From Candidatus Latescibacterota bacterium (GTDB taxonomy: Bacteria > Latescibacterota > CBDEFO01): 64,000 nucleotides of DNA. This document shows, one piece after another, positions 18,331-27,843 of this stretch (its first letter is position 1; each line of letters starts with the position of its first letter). Location: NCBI GenBank assembly GCA_965248755.1, contig OZ252149.1:3968001-4032000 (forward strand), written 5' to 3'. The position numbers and the translations under genes were made by a program. The notes under the pieces were generated by a model. The model worked only from the letters and a program-made list of their open reading frames with translations, did no database searches and had not been told where the DNA came from.

Positions 18331-19569
18331 ATGGGAAAATTTGCCCTTATTCTGGTGGCGAGCTTTACGTTTGTGTTTGCCACCGTAAAAAATGATCTTA
18401 ATAAGATCAGCGAAGACGCAGTTGACACCTTTGCGGATCACTATGAACAGGTTGCAACGCGCGTCACTGCTGCAAGCGCAGCCAACATAGCCTTAGGGGA
18501 GCTTACGAACGACGATACGTTTACAGGAGAAGGGTACAGCAACATAAGTCTAAATGGTGGCACCTTCAGTATCGGCGTCGCAGATTCGACTGTTGTGGTG
18601 AGCCTATCCTCCAACCAGAACCTGATAACAGCCACAGCAATCATAGTAGGTGATACCTCCTCCAGTTCCGTCACTGCTGATAAAAAGAGCATTGTACCTG
18701 AAATCTCGGCATCAGTTAGTGTAAATGCAAGCATTGCAGGATTTTCGGACGATGACGACGATGGAGATGATGACGACGATGGAGATGATGACGATGATGG
18801 AGACGATGACGACGATGGAGATGATGACGACGATGGAGATGATGACGATGATGGAGACGATGACGACGCAACTTCCGACTTTATCATGTCCGGAAACTCC
18901 AACATAAATGGGATTTACAGTGATGATGATGACTATGATGGAGACGGAGATGATGACGACGATGATGACGACGATGGAGATGACGATGATGACGACGATG
19001 GAGATGAGGAAAGTGTCGATTTTCCTGGGATCAATTTTGCAAGTTCTTCTGATAGTTCGGCTTTAATTCTGAAAGGCAACGCCGAGGTTAACGGTTCTCC
19101 TCCAATGGCTGTTGTCGTAAGCTTCCCCGATCTTGAAGAACTTATGGACAAAATTAAAGATCTTGAGTTTTATGACGAGTATTTAACCGACACAAGTATC
19201 AGTGGGTATAAGGAGTACGGAAGCTTGCCAAACTCTCCCGAGATCACGTATCTTGAACCGAGTGACGGCAGTGTTAGCCTGTCAGGCAATGTCGAAGGAG
19301 CGGGTCTTCTGATCGTGGATGCTGAGGAATTGGATCTGTCCGGCCAATTCAGTTGGGAGGGTGTGGTAATGATAGTCGGCGAAGATGTTGATGTCAAAAT
19401 GTCTGGAAATTCGAAAATCTCTGGAGCGTTTATGTTTGAAGCTGATTCAGCCACGATAAAGATGAGCGGCAATGCCCAGATCATGTACGACGAAGAGGCG
19501 ATTACTAATACGAAGAATAATCTTCCAAGGAAATACTACTACGCTGTAAATAGTTGGAGAGAACATTAA
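18331..19569 (+). CDS. PilX-like/exported protein with poly-Asp tracts and a C-terminal beta-helix-like region
   Basis: GAGGAGG RBS; hydrophobic N-terminus MGKFALILV; repeated (L/M)SGN-type turns; two Asp tracts. Confidence 0.75.
   Translation: MGKFALILVASFTFVFATVKNDLNKISEDAVDTFADHYEQVATRVTAASAANIALGELTNDDTFTGEGYSNISLNGGTFSIGVADSTVVVSLSSNQNLITATAIIVGDTSSSSVTADKKSIVPEISASVSVNASIAGFSDDDDDGDDDDDGDDDDDGDDDDDGDDDDDGDDDDDGDDDDATSDFIMSGNSNINGIYSDDDDYDGDGDDDDDDDDDGDDDDDDDGDEESVDFPGINFASSSDSSALILKGNAEVNGSPPMAVVVSFPDLEELMDKIKDLEFYDEYLTDTSISGYKEYGSLPNSPEITYLEPSDGSVSLSGNVEGAGLLIVDAEELDLSGQFSWEGVVMIVGEDVDVKMSGNSKISGAFMFEADSATIKMSGNAQIMYDEEAITNTKNNLPRKYYYAVNSWREH
18748..19011 (+). repeat. Coding minisatellite: (DDDDDG)x6+DDDD at 18748-18867 (18-bp unit) and a second Asp tract at 18922-19011
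   Basis: Direct reading of GAT/GAC/GGA repeats. Confidence 0.95.
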
Positions 19570-19850
19570 ACAGGTGTAGGGAGGCAGTATACAAGCGCTC
19601 CTTGAAAATCACAAGACGTTTTCTCTTTCCCAGAAGAGTTTAGTAAAAGTAGAATCAGCAATTCACTTTGCTTCCTGGGAAACCCAAACACTGCTCGTAA
19701 ACTTCTATTTTTTAACTTGCTTGGCGAGTCCCTTCCCTAGTGCACCTTTTGCATTAACTCCCCATCCTCACTGAGGATCCCCTTTTACACGAAATCTATT
19801 ACTATAGATAATACGCTGTATTACAATGGCTTATGCCAATGTTACTTTTA

Positions 19851-19867
19851 TTGGCATTATTTTTGCT
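19851..19867 (+). promoter_or_regulatory. sigma54 (-24/-12) promoter for the SLT gene
   Basis: TTGGCATTATTTTTGCT, exact GG-N10-GC spacing, ~70 bp before ATG 19939. Confidence 0.75.
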
Positions 19868-19938
19868 ATCACTATAGAGGGCCGAAAGGGCAAATCTTCC
19901 CTTGAAGTCGATGTAATAAAACTCTAAAGGTCCTTTAT

Positions 19939-20733
19939 ATGAACCGCGTCGTATTTATAGCATCTCCTGTTATCGTCTATATGCTGTCGTTTGGGGATAC
20001 GACTTCCAGTCCAAATCCGTCGGAAAGCTCGATAGACATTTCTCTGATGGATGACTACACCGAATCCCCGATTTACTTGGAATCAGAGAAGCTCAATCCT
20101 CTATCAGATACCGTTGGGACAGTAGATCTGGCTATCTCACGATACGACTCCCTGATCAAGAAATATTCAGATCAGCACGGTTTCGACTGGCTGCTTATTG
20201 CCGCCTTGATCTGGGAGGAGTCCCGGTTTGATCCAAAAGCCACCAGCCGCTCCAGGGCCAAGGGGCTGATGCAGATTATGCCACAGACAGCGCAAGAGTT
20301 GAAGTTAGTCAAGATATACGATCCAGAATCCAATATCTGTGCGGGTGTTAAATACTTTAAAAGGCAGTGTGAACTCTTCCGACAGAAGGAGGGGATAGAG
20401 CTTCTACGCTTTGCTTTAGCGAGCTATCACAGTGGGTTTGGCCACGTGGTGGATGCTCAGAAGATAGCCCGGCACATCGGTCTTCCGACGGACAGTTGGG
20501 AATCTTTGAGAAAGACATTCCCTATGCTCGACAGGAAACAGAGTCAACTACATCGGCTCATCTGGGCCAAACCCAGGCCGAGACACGGGTTCTATCGGGG
20601 CGCCAGAAGGACTATCGCCTACGTAGAATCAGTTGAGCAAAAATATATGGAATATCAAAAGTTAGCTGGTCTGGATGTTCAGGATCGGGAATTGGCTGCA
20701 ATCTATCAACGCTCAACGGACGATTTGTATTAA
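19939..20733 (+). CDS. Lytic transglycosylase SLT domain protein (MltF C-terminal-like)
   Basis: DWLLIAALIWEESRFDP, AKGLMQIMP, ALASYHSGFGHVVDA. Confidence 0.92.
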   Translation: MNRVVFIASPVIVYMLSFGDTTSSPNPSESSIDISLMDDYTESPIYLESEKLNPLSDTVGTVDLAISRYDSLIKKYSDQHGFDWLLIAALIWEESRFDPKATSRSRAKGLMQIMPQTAQELKLVKIYDPESNICAGVKYFKRQCELFRQKEGIELLRFALASYHSGFGHVVDAQKIARHIGLPTDSWESLRKTFPMLDRKQSQLHRLIWAKPRPRHGFYRGARRTIAYVESVEQKYMEYQKLAGLDVQDRELAAIYQRSTDDLY

Positions 20734-20908
20734 ACTGTTTATGTGAAAGCAAGTGCAACGCTTGCACAAATTGCAGTGATCACTATAAATTACACATCCT
20801 GCTAATTATTCTGACGTTAACTCTCTTTTTAACCGTAATATGCGCTGTAACACCGATGTTACATGCAATAGTTGCACTTATTGTTTAAGTGGGTCGGAGA
20901 ATTAGGAC

Positions 20909-21373
20909 ATGGATTTGCCGAATCATATCTTCGATACTGATCTGCTTGTTCCGAAACTGAGATCGTCTGATAAGATTGGAGCTATCAAAGAACTCGTTGA
21001 TGTGATGTATAAAGCAAATTACGTGAAGGATAGCTTGGGATTTCTGCAGTCTGTGCTCGAAAGGGAGGATATCGAAAGCACAGTAGTGGAGGAGGGTGTG
21101 GCGTTTCCGCACGCAAGAAGCAGGTGTGTCGAAAAGCTCGGTGTGGCTGTGGGGATATCCCCCAAAGGGGTGGATTTCCGTCCGGAGCAGGACGATGCAC
21201 CAGTCCATCTTATCTGCCTTTTTGCTGTTCCTCCGTCAGTTTCCGGTTCGTATCTGTCTCTGCTATCTTCGCTGTCCAAGGTCTTGGAGGATAATAGGCT
21301 AAAGCATAACCTTGCCGAATGCCATTCAGCTAATGAGATAAATGAATTGTTCTTTCAGAGGATGAACGGTTAA
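20909..21373 (+). CDS. PTS IIA domain protein (Ntr/fructose type)
   Basis: ERE..ST...GVAFPHAR phosphorylation motif. Confidence 0.92.
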   Translation: MDLPNHIFDTDLLVPKLRSSDKIGAIKELVDVMYKANYVKDSLGFLQSVLEREDIESTVVEEGVAFPHARSRCVEKLGVAVGISPKGVDFRPEQDDAPVHLICLFAVPPSVSGSYLSLLSSLSKVLEDNRLKHNLAECHSANEINELFFQRMNG

Positions 21374-21496
21374 TTCAGAATTATTAATATCTTTTGCAAC
21401 GGATAATCTACTTTTTCCCCAATAAGTTCATCGAACCACCTCGTGGTCTGATACTCACTTTTGAGGGTGCCCTTAGCTTAACACAGGAGGTCCATT

Positions 21497-22342
21497 TTGG
21501 GTCATATGTTAAAAGACGTCTTTGACGACAATCAGGTTTCCCTGAAGACATATTTTTCAGAGATAGTGGACTCGCAGCCTCTATCCCTGGAGGAAGAGAT
21601 GCAATTAGCTCTGCGAATAAAGAATGGAGACAAAAAAGCTAGGAACAAACTCGTAGAGGCAAATCTGCGTTTTGTAGTTGATACAGCCAAAGAATACAGA
21701 AACAGAAGCCTTCCACTTTCAGAGTTGATCAGCGCAGGGAACATGGGTTTGATGATTGCAGCTGAAAGATACGATGGAACTAAAGGATATAAGTTTATCT
21801 CCTACGCCGTATGGTGGATACGTCAGGCTATATTGCAGGCTCTTTCTCAAGATTCCAGGATGGTGCGGATCCCGCCCAACAGGATGAGTTTGCTTAGAAA
21901 CATCTCCAGGACATCCCGAGCTCTCGAGCAGGAAATGGAGGGAGATCCGGGTGTGGAGGACATAGCAAAAGAGTTGGGAATATCGGCGGATTCGGTGGAG
22001 ACAACCTTGCAAATGGGATGGGACGTAAAATCCCTGGACGAGCCGTTCTTGGACGACGATGAACACAGTCTGCACGATCTGCTGCCGGATATGGCTCAGA
22101 CGCTGCCTGACACCTCGGTGATGGAAAAATCTTCGACCGAGCAGATAGAGTTGGTGCTTTCCGAGTTGAAGGAGCGAGAGGTGCAGGTTCTGAGGTTGTA
22201 CTTTGGCCTGGATGGAAACGATCCGCTCACCTTGGAGGAGGTCGGTGAAAGGATCAATTTAACTCGCGAAAGAGTGCGCCAGATAAAGGAAACAGCCCTG
22301 CGCAAACTGCGCCATCCAAAGCGCCGCGCTATGCTCACTTGA
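21497..22342 (+). CDS. RNA polymerase sigma70-family factor (RpoD/RpoS type, no region 1.1)
   Basis: LVEANLRFVV, KFISYAVWWIRQAI, TLEEVG...TRERVRQIKETALRKLR. Confidence 0.95.
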   Translation: MGHMLKDVFDDNQVSLKTYFSEIVDSQPLSLEEEMQLALRIKNGDKKARNKLVEANLRFVVDTAKEYRNRSLPLSELISAGNMGLMIAAERYDGTKGYKFISYAVWWIRQAILQALSQDSRMVRIPPNRMSLLRNISRTSRALEQEMEGDPGVEDIAKELGISADSVETTLQMGWDVKSLDEPFLDDDEHSLHDLLPDMAQTLPDTSVMEKSSTEQIELVLSELKEREVQVLRLYFGLDGNDPLTLEEVGERINLTRERVRQIKETALRKLRHPKRRAMLT

Positions 22343-22346
22343 TCTG

Positions 22347-22562
22347 TTAGTGGCTTGCCATTTGTATTAACTCCCTTACCACGTCTCTCGACGCATTTCT
22401 GTTCAGACTTTGTCTGGAATTCTTAAGTGCTCTTGATCGGCCATTAACTGGGCGATGAGTCTGTCCACGTTTGCGGCTATCTTCTGATGCCCTTCCAATT
22501 GCAGCCTGTACTGTTTGAGCCCTTTTTTCTCTGTGATCGTATCTTCCTCTCCTCGTCTTCAT
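22347..22562 (-). CDS. Small basic hypothetical protein
   Basis: 71-aa ORF convergent with the sigma gene; no recognisable motif. Confidence 0.25.
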   Translation of the reverse strand: MKTRRGRYDHREKRAQTVQAAIGRASEDSRKRGQTHRPVNGRSRALKNSRQSLNRNASRDVVRELIQMASH

Positions 22563-22567
22563 GAATA

Positions 22568-22607
22568 ACTTAAAGCCGCAAGGTCAAGTCACCGTGCGGC
22601 TTTAAGT
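22568..22607. terminator. Strong inverted repeat (possible bidirectional terminator or regulatory hairpin)
   Basis: ACTTAAAGCCGCA / TGCGGCTTTAAGT 13-bp perfect stem. Confidence 0.55.
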
Positions 22608-22920
22608 GTGCTCTATAATCTTTATCGGTTTTTCTGAAGGGTCCCCTCTGGAATTTGCTACGGAGATGCATCCCACAGTTGGAACGTTTATTACGTTTTA
22701 ATAGGTGTTGATGTGCAGAATCTATGGTCATTTTCTTACTATTTCTCAAACATATTGAACTTGAGAGAGATGTCTCCGGTCAAAAACTTTGCAGGTCTGT
22801 TCCTCTACAGCGATCTTATAGGGAAAATCTGAAGCTTTCACGACATTGACACCTGTGTATATTTTTATTATATTTTTGCGTGTGTTAAAGGAGCTTTGGA
22901 CTTTAGAATTGGGGAAAAGG

Positions 22921-23283
22921 ATGCGGGATAAATTCATCGATATAAAGATTGTGGAGAATATGGCTCAGCTTGCTTATTTAGAGCTCAGCCAAGAAGATAA
23001 GGGGGATTTCCCCAGGGAGCTTGCGAGCGTACTGGAGAATATCCACTTTCTTATGACTGTGGATGTCACAGGGGTTGAGCCGACTTATCAGGTGCTCCCT
23101 TTAAGGTTTCTGTCCGTTTCAAGGAAGCAGGATAAGGCTACAGAATCTCTGACGGAGGATGAAAGGAAGATAATATTTGAGAATGCTCCTGATAAAAGGG
23201 ACTACTACGATGCGGACGATCGCGAGAAAGCTGAACCAACCGTGTATTTTACTATGCCAAAGCTTATGCAGGATCACGGATAG
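22921..23283 (+). CDS. gatC: Asp/Glu-tRNA amidotransferase subunit C-like protein
   Basis: VENMAQLAYLEL...VDVTGVEPT...ENAP...YFTMPK, directly upstream of gatA. Confidence 0.75.
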   Translation: MRDKFIDIKIVENMAQLAYLELSQEDKGDFPRELASVLENIHFLMTVDVTGVEPTYQVLPLRFLSVSRKQDKATESLTEDERKIIFENAPDKRDYYDADDREKAEPTVYFTMPKLMQDHG

Positions 23284-23289
23284 CCCGAA

Positions 23290-24807
23290 ATGGAAGATAT
23301 GAATCTTACGATACACGAACTCCACGAAAAGCTTATAAGTGGGGAAGCGTCGTCCTTAGAGCTTACGAGAGGTCTGATAGGTAAGATAAGGCGTCTTGAT
23401 CCAGAGCTGAACGGCTTTTATAACTGTGACGGAAGAAGAAGCGTTATGCTTGGCAGAGGATGCAGACAGAAGGATCAAGGCTGGAGATGATATGGATCCC
23501 CTTCTGGGTATTCCTTATGCAGTGAAGGATATAATATGCACCAAGGGCATAAGGACAACGTGTGCCTCGAAGATCTTGGAGGACTTTGTGCCCCCCTATG
23601 ACGCGACGGTCATAAAAAGGCTCAAATCTTTGGGAGCAGTGTTGCTGGGAAAGACAAATCTGGATGAGTTTGCTATGGGGTCATCAACGGAAACGTCTTT
23701 TTACGGTACGACCCATAATCCATGGGATATGTCTTTCAGTCCAGGAGGGTCGAGCGGGGGGTCTGCTGCTGCGGTGGCTTCGAATGAGTGTGTCTTTTCG
23801 CTGGGCACGGATACTGGAGGATCGATTCGGCTTCCGGCGAGCTTGTGCGGTGTGGTGGGATTGAGACCTACCTACGGGAGGGTTTCTCGCTACGGACTGG
23901 TTCATTTTTCTTCTTCGATGGACGCTATCGGGCCAATAACCAAGGATGTAGAGGACTGCGCCCTTGTTATGAATGCTATATCTGGATGGGATCGCTTAGA
24001 CGTGACATGCGCAAGATTAGATGTACCCAATTATATACAGCTTATTAAAGCTCCAAGGAAGAAACTGACCGTCGGGATCTCGGACGATTTCCTCGATTTC
24101 CAGATAGGAAACAGGATAGTAGAGGTAGATGTTAATATAAGAGAAACTTTTCTTTCTCTCGTGTAAAGACTTAGAGATTATGCTCAGTTTGAAAGTGTGA
24201 ATGTGGAGAAACATAAGCTCGAGTATCTGGGCTATACTATTCCTACATATCAGCTATTGTGTAGCTCGGAGGCAAGCTCGAATCTGGCAAGGTACGACGG
24301 GACGATTTACGGTCACAGATCATACGGAAGTTACACGGATCCTGTGGAGATGATGATTAAAACCAGAGGCGAGGGATTCGGCAAAGAGGTAAAAGGAGGA
24401 TAATGATAGGGACGTACTACTTGAGTGCAGGATTTCAGGATGAGTATTTCACCAGGGCTCAGAAGGTCAGGACTCTCATAAGGCGGGATCTGGAAAAAGT
24501 CCTGTCCCGATGTGATGTTTTAGTGGCTCCGACAACAGCACAGGAGGCGTTTAAGATAGGTTCTCTTGCTGATGACCCTGTCAAGATGCATCTTACGGAT
24601 ATATGTGTGGCTCCAGCGGGATTAGCGGGGATCCCAGCTATAACTGTGCCTTGTGGATTTTCCAACGGCCTTCCTATAGGATTGCAGATAATGGGCAGGC
24701 AATTCGATGAGGGCACAGTTATGCAGGTGGCGTATGCGATAGAGCAAGTCGTAAGGGAGAACGAAGACACAGAGAGCCACTTTGCAGAAAAGGTGGATGG
24801 TGTTTAG
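23290..24807 (+). pseudogene. gatA: Asp/Glu-tRNA amidotransferase subunit A, disrupted (two indels, one nonsense)
   Basis: [47 protein letters not shown]; +1 at TTTT 23416-19, in-frame TAA 24164-66, -1 at AAAA 24391-94. Confidence 0.9.
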
Positions 24808-24848
24808 ATTTTAGTTGTGGGAAAAGTCAAAATGACCTATCTTTAAAC

Positions 24849-24877
24849 TTGACAAAGACCTAGTTTTGATTTATTAT
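24849..24877 (+). promoter_or_regulatory. sigma70-type promoter of the polysaccharide locus
   Basis: TTGACA-N17-TATTAT. Confidence 0.65.
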
Positions 24878-25093
24878 ACGCCACGTACAGGAGCAATCTT
24901 TGCTGTATGTCTTTACTGATAAAAAGTGCGGTGAAAGTAGAGATAATTAAGATTAGCAGAAATCTATTTTAATCACAATGTGACCAAGGTCACTGAACAA
25001 AAGTTTAAATAATATGATCTTTAGCCATAATCGGGTATCACTGTAAAATTCTCAGTTTGCACACGCAACTCTGAGTGCATCAGGTTAGGAACT

Positions 25094-27637
25094 ATGAATA
25101 CAAAAGAGACTGAAAGACCTCGTACACACTCGATTCGATATTTGATAGATATATTGTTCAGAAGAAAATGGGTGATCTTGCTGTGCCTTTGCGGAGTGTT
25201 GGCTCCTATAGTTTATCACAATGAGATGTCCTCGCCCGTCTATCAAGCCAAGACGACTATTGTAGTTCAAGAGTCAAGGAGTCCTATACCCAGTACGGCG
25301 GACTTATCCGAATCGATCTTTGGAAAAAAAACGTTCATAAGCAATCAGATTCAGGAGATCGAAAGCAGAACGCTTGCTGAAGAAGTCGTAAGGAATCTTC
25401 CTGAGGAAGTTAAGGAGAGCTTTCCTGTGCCCGATCCACTCCCACGTTCGTTTAACTTCGACAGGCTCTTAGCGTCACAGATCCGCAACAGCATCTCGGC
25501 TAATCAGATCAGGGAGGCGGATGTTATAATTATACAGGTGGAATCCTACGATGCCGAAGCCGGAGCTGTAATCGCCAATACAGTGACAAAGGTGCTGCAA
25601 GACAGGAGCCTGGATGTAAATCGCGAAGCAGTTACCGAGGTTAGAAAGTTAATTGGGAAACAGTTGAAAGACTATAAAGAGCTCTTAGAGGCCGCTGAGG
25701 AGGATTTAAAGTCTTTTAAAGAGGAAAACAAAGTAGTCCTTCTGGACGATGAGGCACGTGAGATCTTAAGGAGAATAACCGAGGCTGAAAGGTTGTATAA
25801 TTCTATTATATCCGAAAAGGATGGGGTTTCAGCCGGTTTAGAGATTGTGGAGAAGAGGCTATTACAGGAGAAGGATAAGATCATACCGTCGGCTACACAG
25901 GCGACGATCTTCTGGTCAAACGAACTGCAGGGGATGACTTCCTCATTGAACGAACTCAAGGAGAAACTATTCAAACTTCAGAGTTCGCGGGACAAATTGG
26001 AAATTGAGGGCTATTCTGAAGATCATCAGAAGATAAAAGAATTAGATGAAGATATAGAAAGGGCTAAAACAAAGTTGGCTCAGGAGGCGTTAAAGATAAT
26101 AGATCAGGAAAATGTTCTGGATCCACTATCCCAGATGCAAGATCTAGCTGAGAGATCTATCCAGATGAGCATAGATCTGGAGGTGTTGAAGTCGCGGGAG
26201 AAGGCGCTCAGGACGATAATTGAGGCTTACGAGATCAGTCTAAAGCTCCTGCCCGATAAGGAATTACAACTGACGCAATTGACAAGAAGTAAAGAGGTAA
26301 ATAATAGTATATACATGATGCTACGTCGTAAGTACGAGGAAGCGCGAATAAACGAAGCCGGTAAACTGGCAAATATAAGAGTGATCGATCCGGCGGAAGT
26401 CCCTTCTGGTCCTATAAGACCGAGGAAGGGACTGAATCTATTGATAGGTCTTATAGTCGGATCGATATTAGGACTTGGCCTGGCTCTATTCTTGGAGTCT
26501 TTGGATACCTCGCTCAAGACTATAGAGGATGTGGAAAACTACGTCGATCTTCCTATGATGGGATCTATTATGCTGATGAAGAATGTGGCCAACGGTAAGT
26601 CAAGAAGAAGACGCAAGGATGAACAGGATGCAGAAGTCACTAACATCGCTGAGGAGAATCTGATCACAGCTTACAATCCCAATTCGCCCTATTCAGAAGG
26701 ATATAGGACCATCAGGACGAATTTACAATTTTCGGGAGTGGACCGGCAATTAAGAACGGTTTTACTCACCAGCCCTGAGCCTCAAGATGGCAAGTCTATC
26801 ACAACGGCGAATTTGGCTATAGCGGCTGCTCAGGTAGGTCTCATGACGCTTGTTGTGGATACTGACTTGAGGCGAACCGTACTTCACCATCTCTTCAACG
26901 TGGACAGGGAGCCAGGCATCACTAATATCTTGACCAAAAGCGCCGAGATGGATGAGTCTATAAGACACACCGAAATCGAGAACTTAGATCTTCTGCCCTG
27001 CGGTGCTCTGCCGCCTAATCCTTCGGAGATATTGGCTTCGCAGAGTATGAGAGACTTTTTGGAAGAACTTAAAAGGCGCTACGACGTTGTGTTTTTTGAC
27101 TCCCCTCCAGCTATAGCTGTTACAGACGCTTCGGTTTTAGGGGCCCAGACGGATGGTGTGTCCTTAGTTCTACGGTCTGGTAAGACAAGCGCGGAAGCAG
27201 CGCTACGAGCAAAGACGCTTCTGGAGAACGGCCAGGCCAAGGTCATCGGAACGATTCTCAACGGTATAGACATAGAGCGTACTTATGGAAAATATGGCTA
27301 CTATTATTACCATTACTACTATTATTATTCGTCAGATGAGGATGGCGACGGCGAGGTCAGGAAAGGTAAAAAGAGGAGGACGCATCGCCGCCAGAGTCGT
27401 TCGATCTCGAAATTGATAGTTCCGGTCTTGGTTCTCCTCATAGCAGGCGCCATCTTGGCGAGAGAGAGCATACTGGAATTTATAGGATCCGATGTCCCTT
27501 ATCTTAATTCCCTCTTGAGGGATAAAAAGGATGATTCTGATGATGAGACAATGTCATCTGATAGAGTAGGAGGAGACCTTCCGGGTGAGTCAGAGAGCGC
27601 CCAGACTTCCGGTTTAGATCTCCCAGATGTGAAATGA
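25094..27637 (+). CDS. wzc: Wzc-like polysaccharide co-polymerase / BY tyrosine autokinase
   Basis: Wzz N-terminus, coiled coil, SEGYRTIRTNL, Walker A SPEPQDGKS, VDTDLRR, FDSPP, Tyr cluster. Confidence 0.93.
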   Translation: MNTKETERPRTHSIRYLIDILFRRKWVILLCLCGVLAPIVYHNEMSSPVYQAKTTIVVQESRSPIPSTADLSESIFGKKTFISNQIQEIESRTLAEEVVRNLPEEVKESFPVPDPLPRSFNFDRLLASQIRNSISANQIREADVIIIQVESYDAEAGAVIANTVTKVLQDRSLDVNREAVTEVRKLIGKQLKDYKELLEAAEEDLKSFKEENKVVLLDDEAREILRRITEAERLYNSIISEKDGVSAGLEIVEKRLLQEKDKIIPSATQATIFWSNELQGMTSSLNELKEKLFKLQSSRDKLEIEGYSEDHQKIKELDEDIERAKTKLAQEALKIIDQENVLDPLSQMQDLAERSIQMSIDLEVLKSREKALRTIIEAYEISLKLLPDKELQLTQLTRSKEVNNSIYMMLRRKYEEARINEAGKLANIRVIDPAEVPSGPIRPRKGLNLLIGLIVGSILGLGLALFLESLDTSLKTIEDVENYVDLPMMGSIMLMKNVANGKSRRRRKDEQDAEVTNIAEENLITAYNPNSPYSEGYRTIRTNLQFSGVDRQLRTVLLTSPEPQDGKSITTANLAIAAAQVGLMTLVVDTDLRRTVLHHLFNVDREPGITNILTKSAEMDESIRHTEIENLDLLPCGALPPNPSEILASQSMRDFLEELKRRYDVVFFDSPPAIAVTDASVLGAQTDGVSLVLRSGKTSAEAALRAKTLLENGQAKVIGTILNGIDIERTYGKYGYYYYHYYYYYSSDEDGDGEVRKGKKRRTHRRQSRSISKLIVPVLVLLIAGAILARESILEFIGSDVPYLNSLLRDKKDDSDDETMSSDRVGGDLPGESESAQTSGLDLPDVK

Positions 27638-27843
27638 TCTCCTGTTATATCAGGCATAAACCAAAGCGCTTCGCAGGTGAAAACACTCTCTCGAAATGAA
27701 CCCGATGGCTTGAATACTAAGTGACGAATGTTGGTGCTAGGTACTACGAACTTGAGTTTAAGATCTGGACGGTTAGGCGAACGTCTTTTTTTATTTGTAG
27801 GTAAGGAGTTGGCACCGATAGATTCAAGATACGTTTTGAAGGA

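Noticed and set aside
18748..18867. CRISPR array
   Set aside because: Contiguous 18-bp coding repeats with no spacers; no cas genes or repeat-spacer pattern seen anywhere in the window
18441..19151. Poly-Ser antisense ORFs and the Met/Thr alternative-frame ORF
   Set aside because: Shadows of the GAT/GAC repeat; the Asp frame has the RBS and a coherent full-length protein
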